A stretch of 64,000 nucleotides of DNA from Bilabrum cf. latius (Eukaryota), in assembly GCA_965178125.1 (NCBI GenBank), contig OZ237749.1:744001-808000 (forward strand). The letters run 5' to 3'. A model generated the notes under the pieces. It was not told the DNA's origin, ran no database searches, and was given only the letters and a program-made list of their open reading frames with translations. Of the stretch, positions 1-12,100 are shown piece after piece; the stretch's first letter is position 1; the number at the start of each line of letters is the position of its first letter. Both the position numbers and the translations under genes were made by a program.

Positions 1-3000
1 GTCGGCGTATGGACTGCCTGTGGAGGCATGGGAGGCCAAGGAGCCACTCGAATCGCCTCGATTCGGGAAAGTTGCTGCCAGTGGTGAAGAAACCAAGTCA
101 CCAGAGCCCGAGCTTGACGTGGTGGGGGCAGGCGAACGGATATAAAACGGTACAGCGCTGGCAGCCGGCGGTTCAGAAGAACCAGCAAGGCTTCCGCTGT
201 CCTGCATTGGCCTCTATGCTATCAACTCATCGATACCAGTGCACGTTCCCAGCTCTCGCAGCACTGGCCAGGCATGCTAGTACGCTGAATACACGGGCAG
301 CGCATTCCAGTCATCCATGGATGCATGTTCCACGCCAGAACCAGTTGAAGCAAGGGATGATTCGCCGCATGCAAAGCGCGTCGAGCCACTGTGCACAATA
401 CCTGCGAACTCAGATGGGCCTATTCGATCGGCAAACGACATGTCTAGGAACGGGAACTCAAGCAATGAATGCAATCTGCCCAGCTAGCTGTCGCTTGGAC
501 GCGCCGGGCAGAGCGCCAATTGTCTCAAATTCGTTCGCAGGCATCCGATGTCTCGCATGCTCTCGCGAGACCTTCCCTTCATGAGCGAATCTTCGTGGTA
601 ACTGTTGATTTGGAAAGCAAACTCGCGCTGTCTGCCTACTAGCGTTGTGAGGATCTGGACGGCGTCGCAGTCGCGCAGGCCAGCGGAGGCTAGTTCAGGC
701 TCTAGTAGCAGCTACCGATGCAGACTATTGGAGGTGGCACACAGAGACAAGTCGTCATCGAGGCTCAGAAACATCGAGTCCAGAAGAGTTCTAGTCAGGA
801 CTACTAGAGCGCGCCGGACAGCTGCTTCTGCCTAAACCTGTCTATGACGATCTCCCACGTCAGCGCCCGCGCTCTCATGCCGCGCGCCCTGTATTTCGGC
901 TCGTAAATTTGACCTGCAGGCAAGCAAGCTCACAAAGTGCTCGTCGTGGACGCGGCTAATTGCCTCTGGTGCCAAGCAAACACATGTTGCCAGAGCCCGT
1001 ACCGCGTACTACTAGGCTGGTTCGCCAACACTGGAAGCGTCAATGTTCGCGACGTACTTACTCCAATCCGCTTGACATGGAATCACCGCAGGTAGTTGTT
1101 GACGGATGTTCTCAGGCGACTGCCGCACGGCGTGACCAGCCTCTACCAAACTGAGCAAACGTCCAGTAGCAAACTGCTGGGGGCCATCTAGCTGCTATGA
1201 TGCACCTTGCATGCTCTTGGCCTCGACAATAGATACTATTCTGTGCCTCCACACCATGTTGGGTCGATCGGCAGTATCAACTGCGGCGCTTTCGGTCGGA
1301 TCCAACGGAGGCTGCCTGGCGGCTGGACGCAGCGGGCTCGCCGAACCGGAAAGGGACGAAGCAGCGCCCGGTCCGAAGCTGCTTGCCGGTGGCACAGCCA
1401 TTCCCTCTAGGAAAGACGCCGGGATGGACGACGGTCCAGGCGCTTGCGAAGACAACGGCCTTGCTGATGATGAGGATTGCCTGTAGAACTAGGCAGTCCC
1501 TCCCTGCAGCAATGACATGGCCAGCGCTGCACGAATCTAGGCTATAGCGAGCATGCCTGGCACCAAGCAATCGTTTGCAACGAGCTGCATCTGCCAAGCG
1601 GGTACTTCACAAACGCGTCGCAGTGCAGTGATTGACAACCGAACAGCTGCTATGTCTGCCAGGCATGTCACAGGATTGACGGCAGGCCCATCGTTCGGGT
1701 TGAGCTGCGCACTTGCCAGGTTGGCCTATCGCACGAGCTGCAAGGAGCCTTGATCGAGAAGAGACGCCACTCCGAGCACCACTGCAGAAGTGACCACTAG
1801 GTCCCGTCGCTTTGAATCGATGCGCTCATCTAGCTGCATGCCTGCTTGGATCATGCCGACGCATGCTGCAAGCCAAGCATCAGGGCCTGGTAAAAACCAC
1901 ATTGCTCGATGCAGTTCGTGTTCACAAGCATCCAATAGACCGGGAGGCTCGCCTATTTCATGCGATATAACGCCAAGCTCCGCATGCCAGTGGCGGTCGA
2001 GTCGAAGCGGGCCCGTCCAAAGCACGTCGTACCTATGGTCAACTAGCCCATTCGTCCCAGTGGTAGGCATCGGATAGGCCTCTTCCTCTTCATATCCAGC
2101 CGCATCAGAGCTTTGAGGACCGTAAAACTCGCCTTTTGTGCCAGCCAATGCAGCGACGTGTGGATCTCGCGCTAGCCACCTTTTCCGTCTCTCCCGCATG
2201 GGGGAGAACTCTTGCTTTGAGACACTAAACTGGCTCGGCTCGTGAATCGCGGGCAGCGGTCTGGGCAGCAGGGCCAACGGTACCCTGTACTTCCCAGGCG
2301 AGGATAATGCCGAAACCGCCTCTTCGCATTCAGTTGATTCACCTTGAGGGTACTGGCGCGGATCAACTCGACAGATGCTGCCTACGGCCAGTCTCAACAG
2401 GGCAACCGACCACCAGCAAGCATCCTAACCCTCGCCACCTGGTGATCTACCATCTAGAGATGATGGTTGGCTACCGTTGCCCCTTCCTCCATCTTCGCGA
2501 GACAAACGACCTGAACCGGACCCACGCAGACCACCCGGAGCTGCCGCGGCGTCTGGCACGCTCCGAGTCCGGTCTGTGCTGCGCGCTGATGCGCTTGCAC
2601 TCGCAAAACACGTGCGGGCCAGTGCACTAGTGACTAGCTTACCTCGCGAGATGCGCAGCATTCTTGCGCATTTGCTAGATACTCGGCCTAACCTGAATGC
2701 CACTTGCAAAGCGCTCTGCCTCCACGCTGCCTGCATCGCCATCCGTACTCGATGTTTCTATTCCGATATCGCATGAGCTTGGGAATAGATCCTGCCATTC
2801 ACCACAGACTAGCATGCCTAAAAGCACATATCCATCCACCCGTCGTCTGAGCTGGCCGTCTCCACCAGCTCCTGCGTGGTTCCCGCACACAAGCATTCCA
2901 ACCCAATCGTACAACAAGCCAGGACTGCGTCCATCTCACTGGTTTGCAGCTCGGCGGAGTGGGCAGACACGAGCAGCTTGTTGCATGCAATCACTGTCCT

Positions 3001-4234
3001 GGCTGCATGCAGCGCTGCCTCCTTGCTCATTGGTTCGTTCGAAACATCGCCAGAGGCAGCCAAACCTCCAGTGCTAGTCGAGGCGTCTCCTACAGCCGCA
3101 AAAATGTCGCGGTCAGGACCACCAGATACGGACCCGTCCGACTTCAAATGTTCTGCTGCAGAGCTCAGCTGACGCGATGAATCTATTTTATCGGCTGTAA
3201 GATCGCCCCTTAATTCCGGGCAGAGGGGCTCGAGCGCAGGTGAAGACAGCTTAAGCTTGACGTGCCTGCTCTCCATCGAGTCGAGCGGGATTGCCGCAGT
3301 GTTGCGCGCTGTAGGCGAGGTAATTGTCCCTGAACCTTTGCCTCCATCGTCACCGTGAGTTCCACCTTCGCTAACTTGACGCTTGCGCCTCCTCGTGCGA
3401 GCGCCTAGGCTGTGAGGGAGCGATGCGCCGGTCAAATTCCGCCGCGACCGGGAGAGCTTCATCGAAAGGCATGATGCGATGAGACATGCCGATGGCAGGC
3501 ACGGGGCCAGATCTTGCTTCTGCCCATCTCTAGTCCCATCCAAATGAGAGACAAAAGACTCGAGGATCGCTAGCTCAGACACCAAAAGGTGCAACACTGT
3601 AGTTTCCGTCGAAACCCTCAAAGCAGCAAAGTTTCCTGTCTCCAAGCACTTCTCGAGACCAACCGCTAGCGTGACGCACGTATTAATCGTATACTAGCGG
3701 GAGGTGCTCCCCTGTTCATGCGCAAATCTGACAGAATCGCCTCCTGAGCCAGACTTGACCTCCATGGCCTCGGCTAGACACGACTGCGCTACAGGTTGGC
3801 GTCGAGAGCTTCATACCAAGATCGAAGAATCTTTCAGAAATCCAAAAAGTAAAACCTGCAAATCCTCACCTCTAGACTCGCCATAGCTTCGCTTGGAACC
3901 TCAGTGCCTGACTAAAGCACCCGCATAGCTTCATCAGAGTCCTGCAAGAAGCAAAAGACACAGTAAGGGATCAGTACCCCTTGAACATACTAGGTTTCTA
4001 TAACGTAAAATAAATCGTTTCATTCGTTTACTCACATGGTCAACCGTCCCAGGAGAATGAGCCCCCGAGTGCCTGCGACAAGCAGCAAGTAATCAAGATA
4101 TGAATCGATATGGAGCACAACGTATCAATTGTCTAGCGCGTTCTCCCCCGGTTGGCTCACTAAGACATGATTGACCACTATTCGGCAGCGACGTTTGCGG
4201 GTATTGGCTCTGCCGTGCTGAAGTGTGTCCACAT
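1..4234 (-). CDS. Large protein of unknown function, over 1,300 aa, running off the left edge; exons 4234-4161, 4072-4036, 3941-3870, 3783-<1; TAG read as sense
   Basis: Track ORFs 277-474, 1195-1455, 1726-2397, 2425-2742 and 2818-3645 share one minus frame and each ends in TAG. No TAA/TGA in the gaps I read (1-1194, 3646-3783). Three phase-compatible GTGAG...CAG introns link to the ATG at 4234. No family motif recognised. Confidence 0.75.
3784..3869 (-). other. Spliceosomal intron, 86 nt, phase 0
   Basis: GAG|GTGAGG...GCGCAG|TCG. Removes the in-frame TGA at 3811-3813 and joins EAMASLE|SCLAEAM. Confidence 0.7.
3942..4035 (-). other. Spliceosomal intron, 94 nt, phase 0
   Basis: CAT|GTGAGT...TCTTGCAG|GAC. 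AT-rich, with a pyrimidine tract. Confidence 0.7.
4073..4160 (-). other. Spliceosomal intron, 88 nt, phase 2, splitting a TA|G codon
   Basis: TA|GTGAGC...GTCGCAG|G. The 74-nt exon 1 and 37-nt exon 2 restore the frame. Confidence 0.6.
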
Positions 4235-4300
4235 GGAAATCCTCCCGGGATCGGTCGCAAGTGTGACTAGTGGATTCGCCGGGCAGCAAAAGGCAGTCAC

Positions 4301-4335
4301 GGGTGGCAGGACAGGGCTGGGTGGGCAGGACAGGG
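4301..4335 (+). repeat. Imperfect G-rich tandem duplication GGGTGG(G)CAGGACAGGG with a G-quadruplex motif
   Basis: Copies at 4301-4316 and 4319-4335; five GGG tracts. Confidence 0.6.
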
Positions 4336-4483
4336 TGTAATGCATGTGTGTAAGTTCGAATTGAAATTGAATCACGTGTGCATTGAAGGTGCACACGCGA
4401 AGCACAGCGCTGAATAATCGGATTGCCAGCGGCCTTCCCAACCCGCCTCTAGGACTACGGCATGCCAGTGATGAAACCTTTGC

Positions 4484-5809
4484 TCAGAAAGTATGCATAT
4501 TGAGCTCTACGGGCACCTCGGCGGCCGGGGTCCCTGCGTCCCTGGCTGCCCCGTACACGATGTCGACAGGCGCCCCGTCTGCATCCAGTGACCTCCTCCC
4601 AGCCTCAAGCACCGCGGTCGTCTGCGCAGTGGTGTGGATCGTGGCCAGCTCGCTGTCGAAGTCCTCCGGCTTGGCATCGCCGCTCCTCACCAAGGAGGCG
4701 CAGCGGACAAACTCGGAGATTGACCTGTAGCCGTACCCCGTCTGTCCGCTGAACGCACCGTCAGTGGGAGTGTACTTCATGAACAGCGGGTTTACGGAGG
4801 CATACCCAGAGGCATCGCTCGCGTGTGAGTATCCCCTGTGCGCCTGATCCACCCTCACCTCACCACTTCTCGTCATGACGAAGAACCTTTGCTGGCTGTG
4901 CACGTCGCTTGGGGGCGCCACCCAGCTGGAGGTGAATACACCAGTACCCTTGGCTCCGCTCTTGAGATCCTCATAGTCCACCAGGAGAGTGATTGTGTCC
5001 TCGCATGGTCGCCCGAGCGTCGCATCTGCCACCCCCGTCGCCGCCGACGCCGTCACCCTAACCGGCCTGGCGATGCCTGCGAAGCACCACTCGGCGAAAT
5101 CCACGTGATGGGAGTTCAGGTAGTACGATATGTCGCTCTTGATCCCCGCCCATGCCTTGAATGTTTCCAGCTGCCTCTTCGGCTGTGACATGTAGGAATT
5201 CATGAATCCCATGCTGCCATCGGCCCGGATCCTGTCCCTAGCGTCCACGTACATGGGGTCCCACCGCTTGTGCACCTCAATCGACACCAGAACATTGTGT
5301 TCCTTCGCTGCCTTGGCCAACTCAATGTGGTGCGACAGCTTCATGACAGCAGGCTTGGTAACCAGCACGTGGTGGCCAGCACGGACTGCAGCTAGTGCAA
5401 TGTCGAAGTGGGTATCGTCTGGCGTGAATATTGTCACGCATGATCCAGGTGGGTAGGATGTAAGAGCTTTGTCATATGCTTTGGCGTCCACCTCGTCATC
5501 CCCCGGAAAACTTGCGAATTCGATGTCAAATTTGCTACAAGGGTACGCGTCACGGATCGCCCGCCCCATGTGCTCCCTTATCTTGGGAAATTTCTTGCCG
5601 TTGACCCCAACAATAGCTGTATCTCCGACTAGACCTTTCTTTCGAAGATCGAACACAGTAATTGCAACAACACCTGCAGACTTATCAGACTTCGCACTGG
5701 CAGCTCCAAATCCTGTCGTGTACTCTCCCGATCCAATCATTATCACTGCAGGTGGTGTCCCAACACCGCTGGCAGCCCCTTCATTACCTGTGCCTGCTAC
5801 TCCAGCCAT
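4484..5809 (-). CDS. gaaA: Gfo/Idh/MocA-family oxidoreductase, fungal GaaA-type D-galacturonate reductase-like, 441 aa, intronless
   Basis: Motifs MIGSGEYTTG, SDKSAGVV, TIFTPDDTH, HVLVTKP, EVHKRWDP, SYMSQPKRQLETFKAWAG, SDISYYLNSHH and HSQQRF match the GaaA-like family from memory. Ends in TGA; no in-frame TAG. Confidence 0.85.
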   Translation of the reverse strand: MAGVAGTGNEGAASGVGTPPAVIMIGSGEYTTGFGAASAKSDKSAGVVAITVFDLRKKGLVGDTAIVGVNGKKFPKIREHMGRAIRDAYPCSKFDIEFASFPGDDEVDAKAYDKALTSYPPGSCVTIFTPDDTHFDIALAAVRAGHHVLVTKPAVMKLSHHIELAKAAKEHNVLVSIEVHKRWDPMYVDARDRIRADGSMGFMNSYMSQPKRQLETFKAWAGIKSDISYYLNSHHVDFAEWCFAGIARPVRVTASAATGVADATLGRPCEDTITLLVDYEDLKSGAKGTGVFTSSWVAPPSDVHSQQRFFVMTRSGEVRVDQAHRGYSHASDASGYASVNPLFMKYTPTDGAFSGQTGYGYRSISEFVRCASLVRSGDAKPEDFDSELATIHTTAQTTAVLEAGRRSLDADGAPVDIVYGAARDAGTPAAEVPVELNMHTF

Positions 5810-5892
5810 AATTGTTGCTCACAAAAAGCTAAAATTCTCGGCAGCAGAGGAGTAGACCTCTGCCAGAATACCAGAATAATTTGTAGGATCTG

Positions 5893-5943
5893 CAGTTGCA
5901 GTTCTGGGGGGTTCTAATAGTTTGTAATTCAGTTGCAGTTCTG
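5893..5943. repeat. 14-bp direct repeat CAGTTGCAGTTCTG, two copies, in a divergent intergenic region
   Basis: Exact copies at 5893-5906 and 5930-5943, each shortly after TTTGTA. Confidence 0.7.
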
Positions 5944-6103
5944 CCGATATCCTGTAACGTGTAGTTATGGTCTAGATCCGATTTTATTGAATTCGCAGTC
6001 GGAGACTGAATCGGTCGACACGGTTGGATAAATCTCCCCAACTATAACTTGACTGCTATTCAATAGTAGCCAACGACACGATTGCCTGGCCGCATCGTCA
6101 TAA

Positions 6104-9100
6104 ATGTCGTCTGGATCTGATTCCGTAAACACCCTTGCTGGTCAGGTTGGGTTTGCATCTCATTTGCCTCAAAGTTTGGCTCTCACGGGCCCTGAAAGCA
6201 TGAATGATGCTATATTTCTTGTTGACTAGCTGCTGGCGCGCGTCAAGGAAAAACGGTCCATGAATCGACTGACAGGCCATCCCGCGAGGGGAGCGGTAGC
6301 CACTGGTCCATCTATGGCAGCTGCAGCTGGAACTGCGGCATCTGCTTCGGCCGCTGCCAGCGCTCCCAAGCGATCTAGTTCTGAATTTCAAGCAGCGTCA
6401 CGCCTTGATGAATCCGACGAACTGTGGACTGCTGGACTTGTAGCTGCGGCGCAGTGGGCACTGTACAACAAGAGGTCCATTCGAGGCAAGTTGCAGGATT
6501 CACGGCACATGAAGGATGCTAGGCGTTTATGGAGGCTTGATGCATCGCTCCAGCGGCTCCTGTCTTCTTGTGATTTTGCGTTGCGGTAGGCGAGGACTAC
6601 AGATGCCGGTGGCAGTCCCGAGGGTCTCGGCAAGGCTGCTGCTGCTGCTGTTGCCAATCACAGAAGTGGAAGTGAAAACTTTCCCCCTGCAGGTAGAGCA
6701 AGGTCGTCAACTCAACTTGACTTTGATCCTATTGGAATGGCTGCCGCTGATGCCCTTGGGTTGGATGGGGCTGAATAGGCGCTCGAGAGCCAAGGCCCAT
6801 TCGGATCAGCTGCGGTCTCATCGGCAGATTCTAAACAGGTAGGCATCAGTGGCCCAGCCAAGCCAAATCATGACATTGCGCTTGGCATAGCTATTGATCG
6901 CCGGCGCGGTCGCAACAGGGCTAGCACGGAAATCGGACTCGGGACTGTGGCTTTGCTGCAACATCCCGCTGTTGCCCCTGCGCCCACTGCAGACGTCCAC
7001 GCCACTGAGCCAACAAGCACTGCTGGCACTCTCCAAACCATCAACAATTCATCTACGGAAGCTGGAGCTGATGCAGGTGCTGATGGGGCTACATTCGCCG
7101 GATAGGACGCGACTGGCCGTGGCCCTACTGCTGCCGGGGGTCCGCCTCCACCCATTGCCCTGGCGTCCATTAGAGCTCAAGAAGCGCATGCAGATCTACC
7201 AATCGAGTCATTTAGTGACGCATCCTCTGAAGCGAGCAGCCAAGCCCGCTCATACCGAGCCCCGCGAGGGAGCATGTCGGAGTCTATTAGCCACGATGAA
7301 ATGCTGAGAGCTGATCAGCTCGCGTTGGATGAGTCAGTGGCTCTCAGGGTCATGCATGACGACGGACGCAACGAGCTAGGGCCCGATGCAAGTGATGCTG
7401 GATTCGCTGGTATGGGACTCCGGGCCTCTGATCTTCCCCCCGAGCTGCTTCAGGACCTTTTTGCCGCGACTGCAGTGGCCGCCCGTGAAGAGGAGGAAGA
7501 AAGCCTGCAGTGGTCGATCCTTGCAAGCTTGAGATCCGGTGGTACAACATCAGACAATACATAGTAGTTGGGAACGTTTGGTAGCAGGCATGAAAGCTCT
7601 ACGGGGCTGGATCCTAGCAGTCGGCAGCATCGGCCATCCTTCGATGCGCAGCAGATTGAATCTGACTTCCAGCTAGCGCAAGGCGGCTCCAGCGCGGCCT
7701 CCGACAGATCTCTGGGAGACGCAGCCTTGCATGCTGCAGTTGTGCACATATTGCATGAACTGCGTGGACCACGGCGAACGAACGCTTCTATGTGCACCGC
7801 GGCAATTGGCGTGTCCAATTATGCTCGCATGCCCCACGCGAACCATTTGTTCCAGGTTATGGGCGGGATAGCTGAGCTACTTTCGATTGCACTGAAGCCG
7901 TTTGAGAATGCATTCAATGGTAGTGGTGACGAAAATGTTGCAAAGGGACGCAGTGAAGCTCAGCACGATCTTGGATCAGGTTCTGCTGTTCGACATGGGC
8001 TACGCAGCGATGCGCAGCCCACCTCTGGCGCAGGGGCAGATGAAGCAGGGTCTCGCGCTGCAGCGATGTCTGCAGCAAACAGACCATTCGACATGTTTAA
8101 TCATCATTGTTGCTCGCATGATGATGCTAGACTTGCCTACTTGGCAGGAAAGGCTGCTCTCGATCTGCTCGCAACGTGCAACCCAATTGGATTTCAAGTT
8201 GTCAATCCCGTGAGGCTGTTTCTGTGCCTTCATATGGTGCACGCACTAAGCTCGGCTGGACCGAAGCAAGCTGCATCATTCTCAAGTCAGCGGGATGGTT
8301 TGCACGCCGGCAGTTCTACTTGCACATAGGTGGCCGAGCACGGTAGCCCATCGTCACCAACAAGCGTCTGGCAAGTATGTCAGACGCTGAAGCATCTCTA
8401 CGTGCCTAGCTGTGATTCTTCTGTCGCTGAATCTGTCGACAAGTTGAGCGGGATGTATCCAGACGGAGTTCAGGTTGTGATGACCGTGATCGGACGAATA
8501 TTCGTTGAGGTGCCTAAGGTTGGTCAAGGGGTGCCAGGACCAGACACTCCAGTCGCTGGAAAAGCATCGGGTGGTTCTGACTAGATTCAACCCGGTTTTA
8601 ACTTCTTTGCGTGGCTTTGGCGGAAGTCTAATGGAATATCAGGCAGAAGCGCTGGAACTGCGAGGGTTTTGGGCGGCGCAAAGCAGCGGAAGCCACTGCG
8701 GGGCCTGCGCTCTGCGTTGCTGCCTCTTCTCGTACAGATAGCTGCAGCCAGACCCCGCTTTCCCAGCATCGTAGCCGCACGGTCCGCTTGGGACCGGGCG
8801 CTTGCAGCCCTTCCCCCGGTATTACGTCAGAACGTCGCCCCGGATCCGGTCGCGGCGGGACGATGGGTGCAGGCCGAGTACAGCCTGGTCGATGCACAGC
8901 GTTCTGCCTGCGCAGTTCTAGAGCAGTTCTTGAGACAGCACTCCATGAGCAAGCTGCTGCTTGCATCTGGTGTTATGGAGGTGATTAGTTCTTGTCTTGC
9001 GAGCTCCTTTGCCGACCTGCAAGACGCCGGCACTCGGCTTGCATGCTACTTCTTGTCACCGTCGGATCGAATGCCTGCCCTGCCCTGGATCGATGACCTG

Positions 9101-12100
9101 ACGAGTAGTTCGTTTGGCTCCGCATACGGCGACGATGAAATCCTGTTGGAATCCGAGCAATGGCCGTAGAAACTATTTCCGACGAAATTTGGCGCCTTGC
9201 AGCTGGCTCCATTTTAGATGGCAGATTTTCAGGCAGAGTCAGTTGACACTTCCGAGCTTTGGGCATCTTCGTGTTAGCTGTCTCCTCCATTGTCAGCCAT
9301 TAAGCAGCTAGTGAGTTGCGAGTCTGCAGAAGAACTCCACTCGCTGGCGTTTCAGCTAGCCGGACGTGTGGGGGTAGGAAAGTCTATGGTCACATGGATC
9401 AGCGAGGTAGTGCAGCCGGTCTCTCCCACACGGCAGTATACGGATAGAGTTACGGCAAGTAGTGAGGCTGATGTTGATAATGGTGCTACAGATGACCTTT
9501 CTAGCGTTTCAGAGCAACGCACGATGGACAATTCTAGCGCTAGAAGAAGCCAAGTTGATAGCGAAGGGCCGTTTGCATCCAATGCGACATTTGTGCATTC
9601 CATTGTGGGTCAAAAGCGAGTTATCCGGCGCAGTGCAGTCACGGGTCACCACTTGGATCAGATGGTGTTCATTTCAGCTGCTATGCTTGCAGATCGAGAG
9701 TTTAGAGCAACTTCACTGCGCGCTGGCCTACCGGAAGCCTTGTGCGCAGTCATGCAGCTGCTGGGTAGTTCAGCAAGCCATCTGGTCTTGTCGCCCAGGC
9801 AAGGCATGAGGCGCCAACGCACAGCTTCTGAACTTGTCGACGATTCCGGTGACGAGGAAGGAGGTCCTGAGGCTGGTGCTTATGGACCTAGAAGCAGGTG
9901 TAACAGTAACGGAATCGACAGTTGTGTTGCTGGATCAGGTGCTGGATCAGATGGTACTTCCGATGCATCCTAGTCTGATTCGGGGTCCTCAGACGCAACT
10001 GACAGCAACAGTGTCAATGCGATGCGGTCAAGAAGAAAGGAACTGCTCGTCAGACTTCTGCTAGGAGGAATTTCGTCCAGCTGTTAGTTCTATGGGTCGT
10101 ACAGCGATGCAGGAGCAGCGGACCAGGTCTCGCCCGAGCAAAGCGCCACTATTGCTGCCCAAGCTGGCGTTGTTCTTAATGGAGGAGTCTCGCGGCTTAT
10201 ATCTGCCATTGAGCTGTATCGGCGGGCCGGGTCATTTACGATGGTTCTGCTTCGCGCATTGGCTTGTCTCGCCAGGCACAAGCCATTCGCTGACGTCATT
10301 GGTGACTAGGGCGCGGTGCCGGTGTTGTGTCGCTTGGTGGAGCACGCTAAATAGAGCGAGAAGGCTATCATGTGGGCAACCGCTGAGGTTTTTGCGTGCA
10401 TTGCATGCGCTTCTCTTCCGTCGCGTCGACTACTGCTGACGAAGCGAGCTCTCAACTGCACGTTGAAGATCATGCGTTCCAATCGATCGGAGAGCGCTGA
10501 CGTCATCCAAACTGCACTTCGTGCACTTTCTCAACTCGCCATGATTCCTTGCGAATCGTGCTCCTCGAGCTGTCAGATTATGGATTGGATGATGGGTGAC
10601 GATGATGCGACGCGGGAGGCGCAGGGCAGGCTGCAGTCGATCTGGGTGTAGCCACTGCCTAGTGCAGCCGCTAGTATTGGCGATGCACCGCAATTGGATC
10701 GGTCAAGTTCGACTGCGTCATCCAAAGCAAGAGAGTCTGACAGCCACCAAGATGGAGAGGCGCGTCGGCGTCGTGGCTCGCTCGAGCTGCGTGATGCTCT
10801 GAAACTGGAGGTGGATGCTGCTCTTGATCTCGCCAGGCTCTCTGAAGCTGGCCAAGCCAGTCGCAACCCAGCAGCTTCCGTTTCAATGATGCAAGGAGAC
10901 CAGTCGAGTGGTTTGGAAAGTGCAACGGGTTTCGAGCCCATCTATGATGATCACCTTGGACTCATCTGCGCGATGCCAGCAGAGAGAGGAATGCCGAATG
11001 TTCCCGTGCACCCCCTCCGATTCTGGAAAGTGGAGACCAGCGGTGTTGGTGCAGCTGTCAGGCAAAGAAGGTTTGATTGCCCAGACATTTGCCTCAAGTG
11101 TGGGAAGGGCACAGCCGATTGCATTGAGTCTATCCTTGGCACATTCTCTACGATGGCATCTGCTGCTGCCAAGATGAATGCCTTCGATTCGGTGAAGGAG
11201 TGGGAGGCCTCCATGCAGGGTCCGGCCCGATAGAGTGGTGGACCATCATCTGGAGCAGGTTCTCCGTCCGCCGCCGAGCAGTCAGCTGCCGAATAGCCCC
11301 CACTCTTGAGCAAGCTCTTTGCTGGCGTCGGCAAGGCACCAAAATGGGATAGCTTGGCCAAGAGACTCGCTGGTGCTGAGTGTGCCTAGCCTCGCGGTGA
11401 TGCTGAGCTCGTAGACAAGTCACGCGGTCCGCGCCGTATGTCCAGCACAACTCGCATTGGAACTATGCAGTCCAAGTCGGCTATAGAAGGGGTTGGATTT
11501 TGGTTCAACAGAAAGGAGGCAAGTCGTTATGGTATTGCACCGCTTGCTGCTCTAGCCTTGTACTGGCCTTAGCTCGGGCACGACTCCATGTTGTCCGCCA
11601 TATAGCTCCTGACGTCGTTTAGTGTGACACGAAAAGCTCGGAACTACATTGCTGCAGGTCCGATTTTGTAGGCGTTGCAACTATGCTCGAGATCGGGCAC
11701 CCCTGAGGTGCGTGAAGTGGTATCGAGGCTTGCAAACAGAGTTGGTCTCCCGAACGGTTATGACTACGTGATTAGGGCAACACGCGGCAACTTAAACGCA
11801 GTAAAGTGCTGGCTTTAGTGTGCTACATCACTAGCAAGGTAGCGAAGGTTTTGTACAAAGCTCGCGCGCAGAACGAGGCGGGCGTGGGAGGACCGCCGAA
11901 CATCGCGGCGGCTGCGCTGGAGTCGCTTGGCACGTGTTCGCAAAATGCTGAAGGTGCCAAAACGATACGAAGTTGCGGCTTCATTGCAACAAACTCGATT
12001 GCCTGCTTCTCGTCTAGCTTCGGCCGGGTTGTATGCTTCAGTCTACGATGCCATCACCAGCCAATCAAGTGGCGCGGGCTAGACCAGCGGAACCAGTGCA

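Noticed and set aside
1726-2100. Faint resemblance of the first gene to CABIN1-like TPR proteins
   Set aside because: Too weak to support without a profile search; left unnamed.
4484-5809. gaaA has no TAG, suggesting avoidance in highly expressed genes or recent transfer
   Set aside because: It has only 7 Gln codons, too few to distinguish from chance.
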